Shown in pieces: positions 12,614 through 24,800 of a stretch of DNA of 64,000 bases. Numbering within the stretch: position 1 is the stretch's first letter; each line of letters starts with the position of its first letter. The notes under the pieces were generated by a model, which did no database searches, had not been told where the DNA came from, and worked only from the letters and a program-made list of their open reading frames with translations. Origin of the DNA: Laetmonice hystrix (taxonomy: Eukaryota); NCBI GenBank assembly GCA_965235115.1, contig OZ249436.1, positions 15,874,001-15,938,000 of the forward strand, read 5' to 3'. The translations under genes and the position numbers were made by a program.

Positions 12614-15600
12614 TCATGACTCGCCATTACCCGAGTCCTCATCATCCTCATATACAGCATCATCGTCCTCATCATCATCATCCATATAATCATCATCGTA
12701 AAAGTCTGCCATGTCAACTGAGGATTCTGATGGCTTTGGTGCTGCTGTGACACAATATTCTGCAAGTGTTGTAGGCACTTTAACTCCATCCCTTTCTGCA
12801 TCTGCTTTGGTTGCTGAGACTTGTTTCCTGCAAAAGATAACATTATTAATGTGCAATCACTCTGATTCGTGGTACACTAAAGGTACACTGTCAGGTGACT
12901 GGTCATATTTTTTTAAGGCTGCTTCCTCAAAACTCCCCAGATCCTTATTTTAAAAGTACCATTAAGTATGCTTAAAATTAGCTAAAAGTTTATGGAAAAA
13001 AAAAATTAAATACCAGAACTCTCAGCATAAAAAACTTCGATTGTAGTTTAAATGTCTTTGAAACAAACATTGGAACAATAAATAATAATACTAAAGTCAT
13101 AATGGACAGATGCATGCAATTTTCCACTGGAGCTACAAGTACAAGTCATACTAAGAGTGATAGATCTCTCAATTGTTACCTGATGATGTTCTCATATTCT
13201 TTGTCCTTCGTCTTACAATCTTTCCACTTGCGGTACATAACAGATGCATCAACATTGGCAGGTGAGAAGGTGTTGGGTTCGTTGAGCAGAGAGATAATAC
13301 TCAGCAGGATCGTTCGAACATTTTGTGTTGGATTCCATCGCTCTGACGGTAGTTCACCACTCTGTGGATCATCAACTGGGGGGTGAAGAATGGAGATGCA
13401 AACCTCCCCATTCTGGAAAGAATATCAGATACACCAAATGTCATCATTCACGCTCTTACAATTTATTAAAGGCAGTCGTTAGATCAAAATCAACAAAAGT
13501 GGCTTTTCCAGACTGAGAGTATTGATTGTTTCTAGATCTATAGTTTAGACACATTAAAAAGTATTGGCACTACCGTAGAGATGTATAAGCAGCAGTTTCC
13601 ATAAGATTCAGAAACTTTTCACCGCTCCTTGTCTCAAAGGGCCTGCCCACTGAAGGCACGTGGCATGTGTTTACTGACGTGATAACTAGACTGAACACTA
13701 CGCTCACACGTGCCAGGTTTGTTTTGGACCGAAACGGCTCAAACAACAGTTATGGCGGCCGCTGCAACCCATCACTTCCCCGGGCTGTAGACTAGTGTAG
13801 TGAGCAGGCGAAGGGACAGAGGTTGTACCGGCCTGTCTACCATAGCTTGCTCGAATGGATCTGTGGGTCGGGGGGTTAGGCCTTTGATTTTGTTTCAGTT
13901 GGGTCCATTTGCCACTCAATGTACTTGTATACAGGGCAGTGCCAGAGGCTGTAACTCAGAGGAGATGTGAGTGCCCTCACCTAGAACCTACTGAGATATA
14001 TGCGACTGCAATCGGTAGATTTAGAATCACTGCATGTGAATTGGATTTAAGTCGGATGTCACAAATTTGTACAGTCAGACCTCGTTAATCAGTGCTTCCG
14101 TAATCTGTATACCTCACAATACGAACACACTTTCTGGTAACCTCTTCTACCATTTTCTATTTAAAATGATTCAGTAATCCATATATTTCACAATCCGAAC
14201 ACATTTTAATGGGCACCAAGCTGTTCGGATAAACGCGGTATGACTGTACATGTGTACATGTTTACCACCCTGGGACACATGCAAGATAAATATATATGTC
14301 TGAATTCTGCAATTTGGTACATTATAACAACTGTCTTTAACACCATCAACCACAAGACTGGCCAGTATAGCAGCCAACCTCACTAAAAAAGGTTTAGAGA
14401 GAGATTAACACACCAACTATACATTTTTTTTCAATTTAGGCCCCTGTGACCCTGTCACATTAGTTAAAGAACCATTGGAGTAAAATCATGTAAACCAGTG
14501 CCTAGAAATGTCATACAAACCTCATATACATTTGGATGCCACATTTTAGAGAGAAATCTAACTGTTGGTGGAGAATACGGGTAGTCGTGGGGAAACTTCA
14601 TATTAGCCTGAAACAGAAAAAAAATACCATCAAATATTACAGTGATATGCACACTATACAAATTAAATATTGCACTTTTCATGTACCAAATCCATCATGG
14701 TCTCCATCCTCGATGTATTCGAGAATTATTTACTAACAAATCTGATACCCAAACCCGTCCAACCTGTCAACAACAGCACTACGTAGTTCCTAAGTTTATG
14801 TAAGACTCTCGAAAGATCAGTTACAGTTCAACTTCAAGGTCCTAAAATGTTCAATAAGTTCATAAAAGTCAATAAGCTAAACTGTTCAATTCATGCATAA
14901 AAGGCGTCTGAAGGACCATTACTTTGATTTACTTAATTTAAACTACTTTTGTACTAGTTTGTTTGAGATTCTGTTATGGACTTTCATGCAAAACTGACTT
15001 ATGCCACATTTTGAAAATATGTAAATATTATTAAATGTAATTTCATCACCAGGGACTTCATAAGCAATATGATGCTTTCTATCCCTAATGTATTTCAACG
15101 AGGTTAATGCATCTGTACACTTTCTTTTCATAGAAATAAACTTGATTGATTGATTGATTAATGGGAACCAAAAACTAGAAGCCGAGTGATGACAGTAATC
15201 ATATCACTCTTAAATCTGATTCAAATTGCTATCTATTTGGACAATCACTCCAGTCCAGAAGTAAATGAAAACACAGTGTTCATAACAGGCCGTGCATTTG
15301 TGTCATTCATGCATGTTTTTTTCTACTGACGCTAATTTCATGGTGTGCCTGCGCCAATATGGTGCACTCCCCACAAGACTGGCGCAAACTGTGTGATGCA
15401 ATTTTAATTTGTTTAAAACACTTAAATGATCGTTTTACATGCCCCATCTACCACACAAACTGAGTCCCGCATAGGGGCTGCCATGTTGGGTTTGCACAGA
15501 TGTTAACATCATATATTTTTGCAAGCTTTGAGTTTGATCTCATTGGCTGCATAGCTTTTCCTGCCTATGAGGCAAAGGAAACATCCATGTCCATGACCCA

Positions 15601-18498
15601 TGTAATTTCACTCATGACCCCCATTTCCAGGACCCTATGGGCCCTTGGCCCCTTCTCTCCAAAACCTGTAATGAACACTGAGAGAGATCTTCTTTGTCGT
15701 ATATCTGCTATACTCTTCTTTATACTGACTGGCTGACTGAGGCAGGGGGGGGGGGGTTAAAAGTGATGGTGATATATGATGGTGATAATACATGTATATT
15801 CCCTGCTGAGTCTCGATGTAAATGAGCAACAGGATAGCAGCCAGAATACTGAATGTGACCAGATCATTTTCTGTGGTATCGTATTTTCAGCACCAGGCCT
15901 GAGAATAAGGGAAATCTGTGTAACCCATTTTCCCTTCACCTGAAAAGTGACATGGTAACCCATCGTTCCGTTCCCTGATGGTCATGGTGTTTTCTTACTA
16001 ATATAATAAAATCTTGCATGATAAAACTTTTGAACTTGGCTATTATTATATATTATTATAACGTTAGAAGCTTTTATTGAAATTTAAGAATGGTAACCCT
16101 GAATTTGTTAGGAAGCAAATGAGCTACCCGCGACAGTTCCTAATTTGCTGCAAAGGACTATAGCGCTGAGCACAAGTGAGTGATGATAAGGAACCCACTG
16201 CTAGTTTTGATGCAATTGAGATGACAAAATTATCCTAAAATAATGAAAATAACAGCAATCCTATGATGCAGAAATTCCTTGAAAATGTGTCCAAGTGTAA
16301 CTCACTGAGATGGCACCCTTTGGTTTTCTCCACACACTCACGCGACAAGCTTTGCCCAGCTGGTGTCTACACTGGTACCATACGTCTATGCTTGGACTGC
16401 GAGAGTTCCCCTAGCGGACGTGTGTTAGACTACTGTCCAACCAATGGTGCAGTTTTGCCAGGCCCAAAACAATGATTACAGTACTTTTTAATTACATTGA
16501 CTCCATTGTGCTCTATCCTAATCTCTATAGAGTGCTCACGCGAATTGCCCGAACTGCCTCAAAACCCAGGCCTTGACCATTTAAGGCACCTATTTTAGGT
16601 GCGCCATGGCGCGCGTGCGCAATTGCGCACCTTAAAGGACAAGCCCTGGTGTACCATACGGCAAGTGTTTTTTCTTGTGAATTTTGAGCCCTGTTAAGAT
16701 CCTCCGACGTATGTAGTGACAACAAACATGACGGGGTCAATACCACAGTAACAAAAGTTTTTTTTGGTTCCCTAGAAAGACCCATAATGACTGTCTCCTA
16801 TGGGTCACAGCGCGTTTTAATATTGTGGCGCTCCAGTTGGGGGGGGGGGGGGGCCAGAGCGCCACCACTGTGCAGAGTTTGATATGCGGGCCTCAGCCTT
16901 CTCAATATCAAAAATCGTTTTAGTCCAGTATCATGAGTATGTCTCCGACATAAATCTGAGTGGAACTGATCTATTTACCCCACAAATTGATGCCAATTTT
17001 ACTCTCAGAATGCACAAGAGTTCACCTATGGACACCAAGAAATCAAAACTTTTCAGGGGGATGCCCCCAGATTCCCTCCCAACCCCAAGCGAGAGTGGGT
17101 TCCCTCTTCCCACCCCCAATCCCCAAGGTCGGCGTGGCACCGACCTGTGGCTCATGCACTCCAGGGCCACCACCTAATTTTTCAACTTCCCCTTAGAGAA
17201 CTACTAAGTTCTTATTGAAACCCCTGGGGCCTACTCTGACAAGGTTTGGCCACACAGGCTCACATTTGTTGCATGTCGGGAGAAAAAATTCGAAAATCGT
17301 CAACATTTGAGGTGAACGGATTTTCATTCTTGGCCTTTTCCTAATTTCATTTTACTAAAATTAGGTGAACAACACGCGAATGAAACAATCGTTCGCATCG
17401 CAAAATCAGACCTGCTGTGTTCACTAGCCTACTGCCCAAACAGAAACTAAACTGTACAATGTACCAAAACCAGTTTTCATACAACATACAAGGCGATATT
17501 CTAGCAGCATCAAGGCCTGTGTCTCAGCACTGAAGTCAAACTCTTAGGTATCAAACCTACACCCCTTTTTGTCCCCCCAACTAAATAGAATTTGACTTCA
17601 GTAATATTAGTATCAGCCCAATATTACTTAAGTCCAATTCTATTTAGTAAGACAAAAACAAGGGATCAGGTGCAACCCAGGACCCAGCGCTGTTACTGGC
17701 TTTAGGATGCAGGAGTCAGGTAATAGCGATTCGTGAGCGTTGACCGGGTGCGAGTTGACCCGGGTGCTTGGGTGCGAGTCGGTCAGGCAGGATGCGGATG
17801 CGAGTTTGTATAAAGTTGTCTCAAAACCATCATTCGTAGGGGCGCTACATTTTGACGCCACAAAAAATAACCAACTTGCATATATCCTACACTACACCAT
17901 TCTTGATCCCACTCCCAGGTTGAATGTTGAAGAGCCCAAATTTACAGCTCTGTGACATTCAGCAATGTATCTTTATGCGTCTCCCTAGGCTGGAGCTGAT
18001 AATCAAATTGGACTTAATAAAGTTCCTAGTAAATACCACCACGCCACATGTAAAACAGGAAGTCGACCGATTCCACAAGCACCACTTCAACCACCAAACC
18101 GTCCAAGACGAAGGCTTGAGTATGACTATATCACTATATGACGTCCCCTGCGTCAACGAACAAAGCACTGCGCTGCTGACTAACTGGACGTAAACAAAGA
18201 ACACGACCCGACAAAGGCGATCTTTTACAGTCAAATGTATTACCATTAAAGGTTAACTTTTGCTCAAAAACTCTACCTATAACATTATTGTATAATGTAT
18301 TCAGAGTATATTCTTTGTTACCTTAAAGTAACCAGCTTCATACAGTGTTCCTGGCGGTCCGAAAATTGCCACTTCCCATTCAAAGATGTTGTCATCGTTT
18401 ACCAATCGAACGCGAAAACCTTCCACTGGTTCTTCCTGAATTTTCTTCAACTCGAGCTGTAGTGCCCTGACTGCACTACTTGTTGGACTCTGTGCCAT
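12614..18498 (-). CDS. UBE2R2: Ubiquitin-conjugating enzyme E2 R (CDC34/UBE2R2 family), 4 exons, 236 aa
   Basis: Exons 18498-18322, 14607-14521, 13412-13180, 12827-12614; all GT-AG; 711 nt total. Contains HPNVYENGEVCISILH (catalytic Cys), the CDC34-specific acidic loop PPVDDPQSGELPSERW and an acidic tail ending DSGNGES. Confidence 0.97.
14072..14246. mobile_element. Tc1/mariner-pogo-type MITE, 175 bp, in UBE2R2 intron 2
   Basis: Imperfect TIRs CAGTCAGACCTCGTTAATC / CAGTCATACCGCGTTTATC with TA on both flanks. Confidence 0.75.
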
Positions 18499-18890
18499 TT
18501 GTGGGCGCTCACAAATCAGGCAGAAATGATGTGTATGTAAAAGAAATTATTATTTTCAAATAAACTTCGATGCCAATCCCGTCTGTTCTTGCTGTATTGG
18601 CGTATGATGGAAGGAAATATGGCTGCTGTGACGTCAGACATAATCAGCCGTAAACGGGTCCGAATAATGTCGGAAAAATAGCCACGCTTACCTCAGTTTT
18701 ATATATTTTGTACATACTATATACTTACCATTCTGAACATTTTTACTAAAAATTTCATGATAATTACTAAAAGTTCTGTTTAATAAATATTAGAACCGCC
18801 TTTGCAACTAAGGTCTTTTACGATAACACGGGATGACGCGTGCGCACTTCAAATGAAAATCTATATTTCCATTTTTCGTGATGTTGAAAC
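18499..18890. promoter_or_regulatory. Bidirectional promoter shared by UBE2R2 and PTPN9
   Basis: Only 392 bp separate the divergent ATGs. Contains a perfect CRE TGACGTCA (18629-18636), YY1-like AATATGGCTGC (18616-18626), NRF1-like GCGTGCGCA (18838-18846) and CCAAT/ATTGG boxes near 18574-18600. Confidence 0.8.
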
Positions 18891-21800
18891 ATGGCAGCTC
18901 TGCTGAGCAGCGATGAGGAACAGGTAAACCAAACAGCCGTATTGATTTTCTTGCGATGGTTTTGATATACAGATAGAAGAGAGTACCAGTATGATGCTAA
19001 TTGGATTAGATATACTAATTTCTGTGTTAGCCTCTGAACATCTGTGTGGTTAAAACTGCCTTGCTTTCAGCTCGGAGAGAGACCATTTTTGGCTTCATGC
19101 CGATCCGCTGTCACATAGCATAGGGGCCGTCACACACAGGCAGCAGTCTTGACCCACACGTACATTCAGTTGGTATAATCATTCTGAAGCACTTCCTGTT
19201 TATATATTTGACTACACTTTCCAGGTGCTAGGACTAGTACAGAATACATCATTATCATCTGACCGTGTTTTACATCTAGAATCTAAGTCAAACTCAAACA
19301 AGTCAAAGGCAAAGCTCTTCCATGCTTCTTATAAGTTATATTATGTAGGTGCTACCTAGAGGGCGAGCGCAGCGACGGGAGGCCTACAATATATAGCAGG
19401 CCTACTATAACAATATACAATGTCAGGACTGGTCACTTAGCAGCACGGACGTCGGGATATTGTGGCGTCACAGTGAACAAACACTCACGCGACTATTTGT
19501 TCACTGTGACGTCACAAATCACACACGCTCTGAAAGGGTCACATGACCCTCCATGGATTTCTCCATGGATTTGCTCCATGGTTTTTCCGGTTCCGGTTTT
19601 ACGTGACGAAATTTTTTGGTGAGACAGTATGTGTCACCTTGGCAACCCTTTCACACGTGTTAATCATAGAGCTCGCTTCGCGAGCCGCTGCGCGGCTCGC
19701 TTGCGCTCGCTATAATCTTACTATCTGAAACGAACCATCTGAAACTAGTGAAAGGGTCCATCATTTCTCAAAAGTCAAATTCAAATTGGTATGCATGGCC
19801 TTGGAAAGTCGCGTTATTTATTTTAGGGTATCTAATTACTTATTTTGATGACATTTAATCAATCTCCCATAATGCAGAGGGGCTCGCTCCACCACCCCTC
19901 TGCCACACCTGACTTTTTACAGGCCAAATCAGGCCCCTAACGTTATGCCTTTAACCCTGTTTTTGCAAAGTCAGACGCCCGTTATATTATACTTCTAGTA
20001 GATTCTTTCTATCCCAAAACCGAGATTATAACAAGTGACATGCACTGTACAAGAGAAATATCGGATGAAATGTTAGGAACTACATTTCAGAGCTCTCAAG
20101 GGTCTCTGAGGCCCTTGCTGGAGATTCACCAGCTGTTTTGCTGGAGATTAGGGTTCAATGCGGGAGATTTTCCTATCTCATATATAAAGGCACTTAAAAC
20201 ACTGAAATCACTTAGTGATAGTATTGTTTTCAAGTATAGACCATGACGTTCACCGTCAGCTAAGGCCAATTTCGGATGATTCAATATACTTCAACATAGC
20301 GGCTGCAAATGATTTCCCCGAAGATTTAGGTGTTTGTGTGGCATCATATTCTGACAGTCTGCACAATAAAAGTAAACAACAAGAGTGCCTTGAAAATCGA
20401 GCAGCCACGATTCGAGCGCAGCAATGTTTGGCTGATCCTGTCGTGGATTTCTAGGTCAGGTCAGGGGTCACTCGAACAGTAGTACCCAGCGTGTGGCAGA
20501 GATTGAATGAAGTGAGCGATCTCTGTCCAGAGAGTGGATATTTAATATATCGGGGAGGGGGGGGGGGGTAATTATGGAATAGGCCTATGTAGTAACAGTG
20601 TTACATTGAGTCATGACACTTACACTCAGGTTAATTTGTTTGCTGTGTATTACAATTCATATTGATTACACGGTGTATTGAGCCCTATGCGATGTGAGCC
20701 CGTCACTTAGCCTGCCGGCTTAAACCCAGGGAGGGCCCCCTCAAAGCAGATGGTGTGGTGCCCTGGTACCGGTTGGTGTAGGTCAGCCAATTATAATCCA
20801 ATTGTTTAAAAGTTCCTAGATCCACCTAGGCCTATCCCGCTGTCTACTGACCAAGGCTCCCTACAAGCCAGCAGCTCACTTAGCCTGCCCGGGGCAGTTT
20901 GAGTGAGCGTGACCGGCAACTCGTTCACCCCAGGCAGTCTTGGGGGCTCCCCCCCCCAAGGGGCTCATCCGATGGGCTCATTTTGCAGCGGGCTCAAGTG
21001 ACATGATACATTCATGATTACATGATGCGATGTGAGCCTATCACTTGAGCCTGCCGGCTTCAACCCAGGGAGGGTTCCATCAAAGCAGATTGATCATCAT
21101 GGAATTGATTCCCTGGTTACAAGAGATTATGGCCTTAACTAGGCTGGTTTATAGTCCATTGGCCGATCATCGCTGAATGTTTATAGTTGCAGTGATGTTG
21201 AGTGATCCGGCCATCGGCTGACCGATCGTTGAGAGTTAAGTCTGTGTGAACTTTGATCTTTCTCAGGTCGGCGATGGTCGGCCGACTGACTATAAGTATA
21301 AGGCCTTTAGACTTTAAAAATTTAGTTTGAGGGTATGGGACAACTGAGGCACTGGTCGCAGCCTCTTACAGAGTTATTCAATGTAAGTGTTAAATTGCCA
21401 TTGCCGCCAGCCACACTGCCATGTATACACTGACTACCATGCAACCATTCAGGCCACCTTTTCCTTGGTGTTGCCAATGCCATTTGCTTTGCATCTTTTA
21501 AGTAGTTGAATAACTGGGATTTTAAAGAATTGAAATTTGAAAAGATCATGAAAGTGAAAAAAGGTGACCCATCAGGTGATCCTGCAATTTCCCATATTGT
21601 GTTCTGTGAAATAAAATCTCTTGCAATGCTCATGACCTCAAACCTGGCCCAGGTGCTCCTGCAAAAAAAAAAAGTTTAAAGACTCTGGTTTGAGGGCTCA
21701 CCTAGGTAAGAAAGATGTTGAGACATGCATATTTTGGCCCAGAGAAGAGGCCAAGAGAAGATGCAAACTGGCTAGACAGGTTGCTAAACTTGCCTCCTAG

Positions 21801-24800
21801 GGTAACAGATGTACCTAATGCTGTTTAAATGTCTGCAAGATCCAGGTCTCATAAACTAGACAGATATGCTTTTTTCTGCATGTTTTTATCTCGTTTCTTG
21901 ACACCTGACAACCACACCCTGTTTTTAGTTCAGTGTACTAATTTATATTTTCCATGATGTAGCAGTCCACAGCTGTTGGTAGGATGATACACATTCTAGC
22001 TGATCCTGTCGCAGATTGTACAATTAAACGCACCTTTCAATTACCTGAATCCAGATTTGAAAGGAAAGAACAGAAAAATTTATAAATACTGAACTTCAAG
22101 TGCTAAAGCATTGACTTCAACGAAGTACTGGTTCATGGTGTTTTTTCACCCACAGTAGGAAAGAAAGAAAGATCTATATTATTATAAAATTGAATTGGCA
22201 TTGAAAGGGTGCTTTTCATGAAATGGCTGTGTCAAACAGAACCCACAAAAATTCTTATTCTGGTCAGCCCACTTTTTGAAAGTCAGTGAGGGATCTGGCC
22301 CCTTTTTCAAAATTCTTAGAAGGCAGCACTGATAAGCCTATCCTTTGAAAGATATAAGTTATATGTGCTATCCGAGTCAGTATTTAAACAGACTGAGATA
22401 TCTGATTTTAAAATCTTGATTTTGCTAAATGCCATGTTCATGTCTGCTGAGACAGGACTTCGTTCAAAGCAGGAAATTGTGTAGATTCTTTGTTATTACA
22501 GTATGGGTTTCAACCAAGTGCAGTTTGCTCAGACTTGGCAAACCATTTCGTGAAGAGAGAACTGGGTGCAGACCTTTGAAAATGTAGCTTAATCCTGCTT
22601 TCTTAATGATTAAATTATTTGATCAACAATAAATATTAGTTCAGTTAGAAAAAAAGGAGAACATTGCACAGGAATACGGACCGTCTGTTGCTGTTAACCA
22701 GAATAATTCAAACTAGTTGAAAGAATTTTTCCAACCCTTCATTTTATACTAAATTGAAAAGTAATTTTGCTAACATTTGATGTAAAGCAATTTATTTGAC
22801 TCAAAGTGTGATTTAAGACAATGTTACTGAGGTTGCTAACTTGCTCAACTGTGTTGCAGCCTGAATGAGACACGAGTGTGAGCTCTGAGAGGTGAAGGTC
22901 AGTTTGTGTGCCTTGAATAACTTTGCTTTGGTTTTATCTAACCACAGATGGCGATTAATATCAGTGTATTTTACATCTGACATCCGTACAGAGGGGAAGA
23001 GAACACTGGCCGTGGTGTGGCCAGTCCGTAATGTGTTGGCTGGACTTGACGACTTAATAATGGATTGTTGCTGCCTAATTAACATTACTCATATTTTCTT
23101 TCAGTTCATGGAGTGTTTCAAACGAATTTTAGTTTTTTGTTTGTTCTTTTTAGGCTGCACCACACCCAGTGAGTCCAAATACCATTTGGGTAAAATTCCG
23201 TGCTCTAAGTAGAGATTAGTATTGCAAGTGGCAACATTGCAGTATTGGGGCAAATTGTATTTCGAACTGTTTGACACAGGTGGTAGTCCTATCTCATACT
23301 GTATCTAGCAGTCTGTATGATTTGTGTGGGTAGCCGTTTGTAGAATAGATACTTGGCACTGTATTTCAAGAAAAATATATTGTCCAGTCTATACCAATAA
23401 CACTATGTACAGTTTCCAAAGCATTGTTTATCCTGAATTTCAACAATAGATAAGGTTCAGCATGAGAAAAATGTTTTCTTTCCAAAATTATGTTCTTGGG
23501 AAATTCTTTATTGAACAGCATTCATTGTACATACTATCAAAAGAAAAAGATGAAACTCAAGGAAGGGACTGACAGTGTAAACCTGTTTGGGGGCCATACA
23601 GTTACATTGGGTTTTCAAAAGTAAATTATCACTGCAAAAAATCCTTAAAACGTAATCAGGTTACTGTTCAGAATATCAATACAACTGTTTCGGGAAAAGC
23701 CTGTCTGTGCTAAATGCTTCTTGGATGTCACTTATCACTATGAGTCTTGGTTTGTTTGTGTGGCCGTAAATGATGACTGCATCTGTTTTGTGGCCAGTGG
23801 TGATGCATTGTGAGGTGACAGTAAGGGCTAGTAATCAGTGGATGAAGGCTCAGAGAGAATTACGACTGGTCTTCCTTAGTCCGTAATGACCTCGACCTGC
23901 ATTATTTTCGTTATTCTGAAGTGTTTGTGGACTTAACACTCTTTTGAAAATGATTGGCCTGCTACTACATTATTTTTATATGGACCTGATTTGTAGCTTG
24001 CATACACATATAACTGCTAGTATCAGTTGCTGACACTGACAGTAGGTAGAACAGAACTCCTGGGAATGATAAGCTTCCAGTCATATACAGTGGTACTTCA
24101 TCTATGCAGGTCTATCTTACACTGTTCAGCACAAGAACACAAATGTGTTTGATGGTTTTGATATACTTGTTGAGGTTGCTGTAAGTGTTGTATGACAAAC
24201 AAAACATCCCCCCCCCTTCCCCTCTACACACAAGGAGAGAGAGGGTCACGTCTTGACAGCCATCGGGCAATGCAATGAAATGACACAGTTGTCTTAGCTG
24301 TTTTGTTGGATAAAGGAGTCACTCGTCACACGATCAAAATCATTTCAATCATGTGCACTATCATGTAACCATTCTGAATTTAAAAGTAAATGCAGACTTT
24401 GTATTTTGAATGTAAATTTCAACATGAACCAATTTAGGGCTTGCAAAGAAAAATACAGAATTATCAGGAGGTGAAAATGATCAAGGAGGCATGCAGCTTT
24501 ATCCGTACCAGTGCCGTTTATATACCTAGTACCATAAGGTTTACAAAAAGTTAACTTGTGATGAATAATCAGTCTTCATGAAGCTTATTCTATTTATGTA
24601 ACTGACAAGATATATAATATTTTGATAGGCAACAAAGCAATTTTTGGAGGAGGTGAACTACACACATAGAGATGAAAATGGAGGCAGCCCAGTTCCATGG
24701 GTCAATGGAGTGCGCTTCCTCATGGCCCGCAAGTTTGATGTGAAACGTGCTATCGACCTCTTCACGGCACATGAGGTAGGTATTGACACTGACGGTCTGT

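Noticed and set aside
19460..19517. Similarity of hairpin arms to miR-375 (TTTGTTC) and miR-128 (TCACAGTGAAC)
   Set aside because: Matches are short and do not extend across the mature sequences; the near-perfect stem sits inside a probable transposon.
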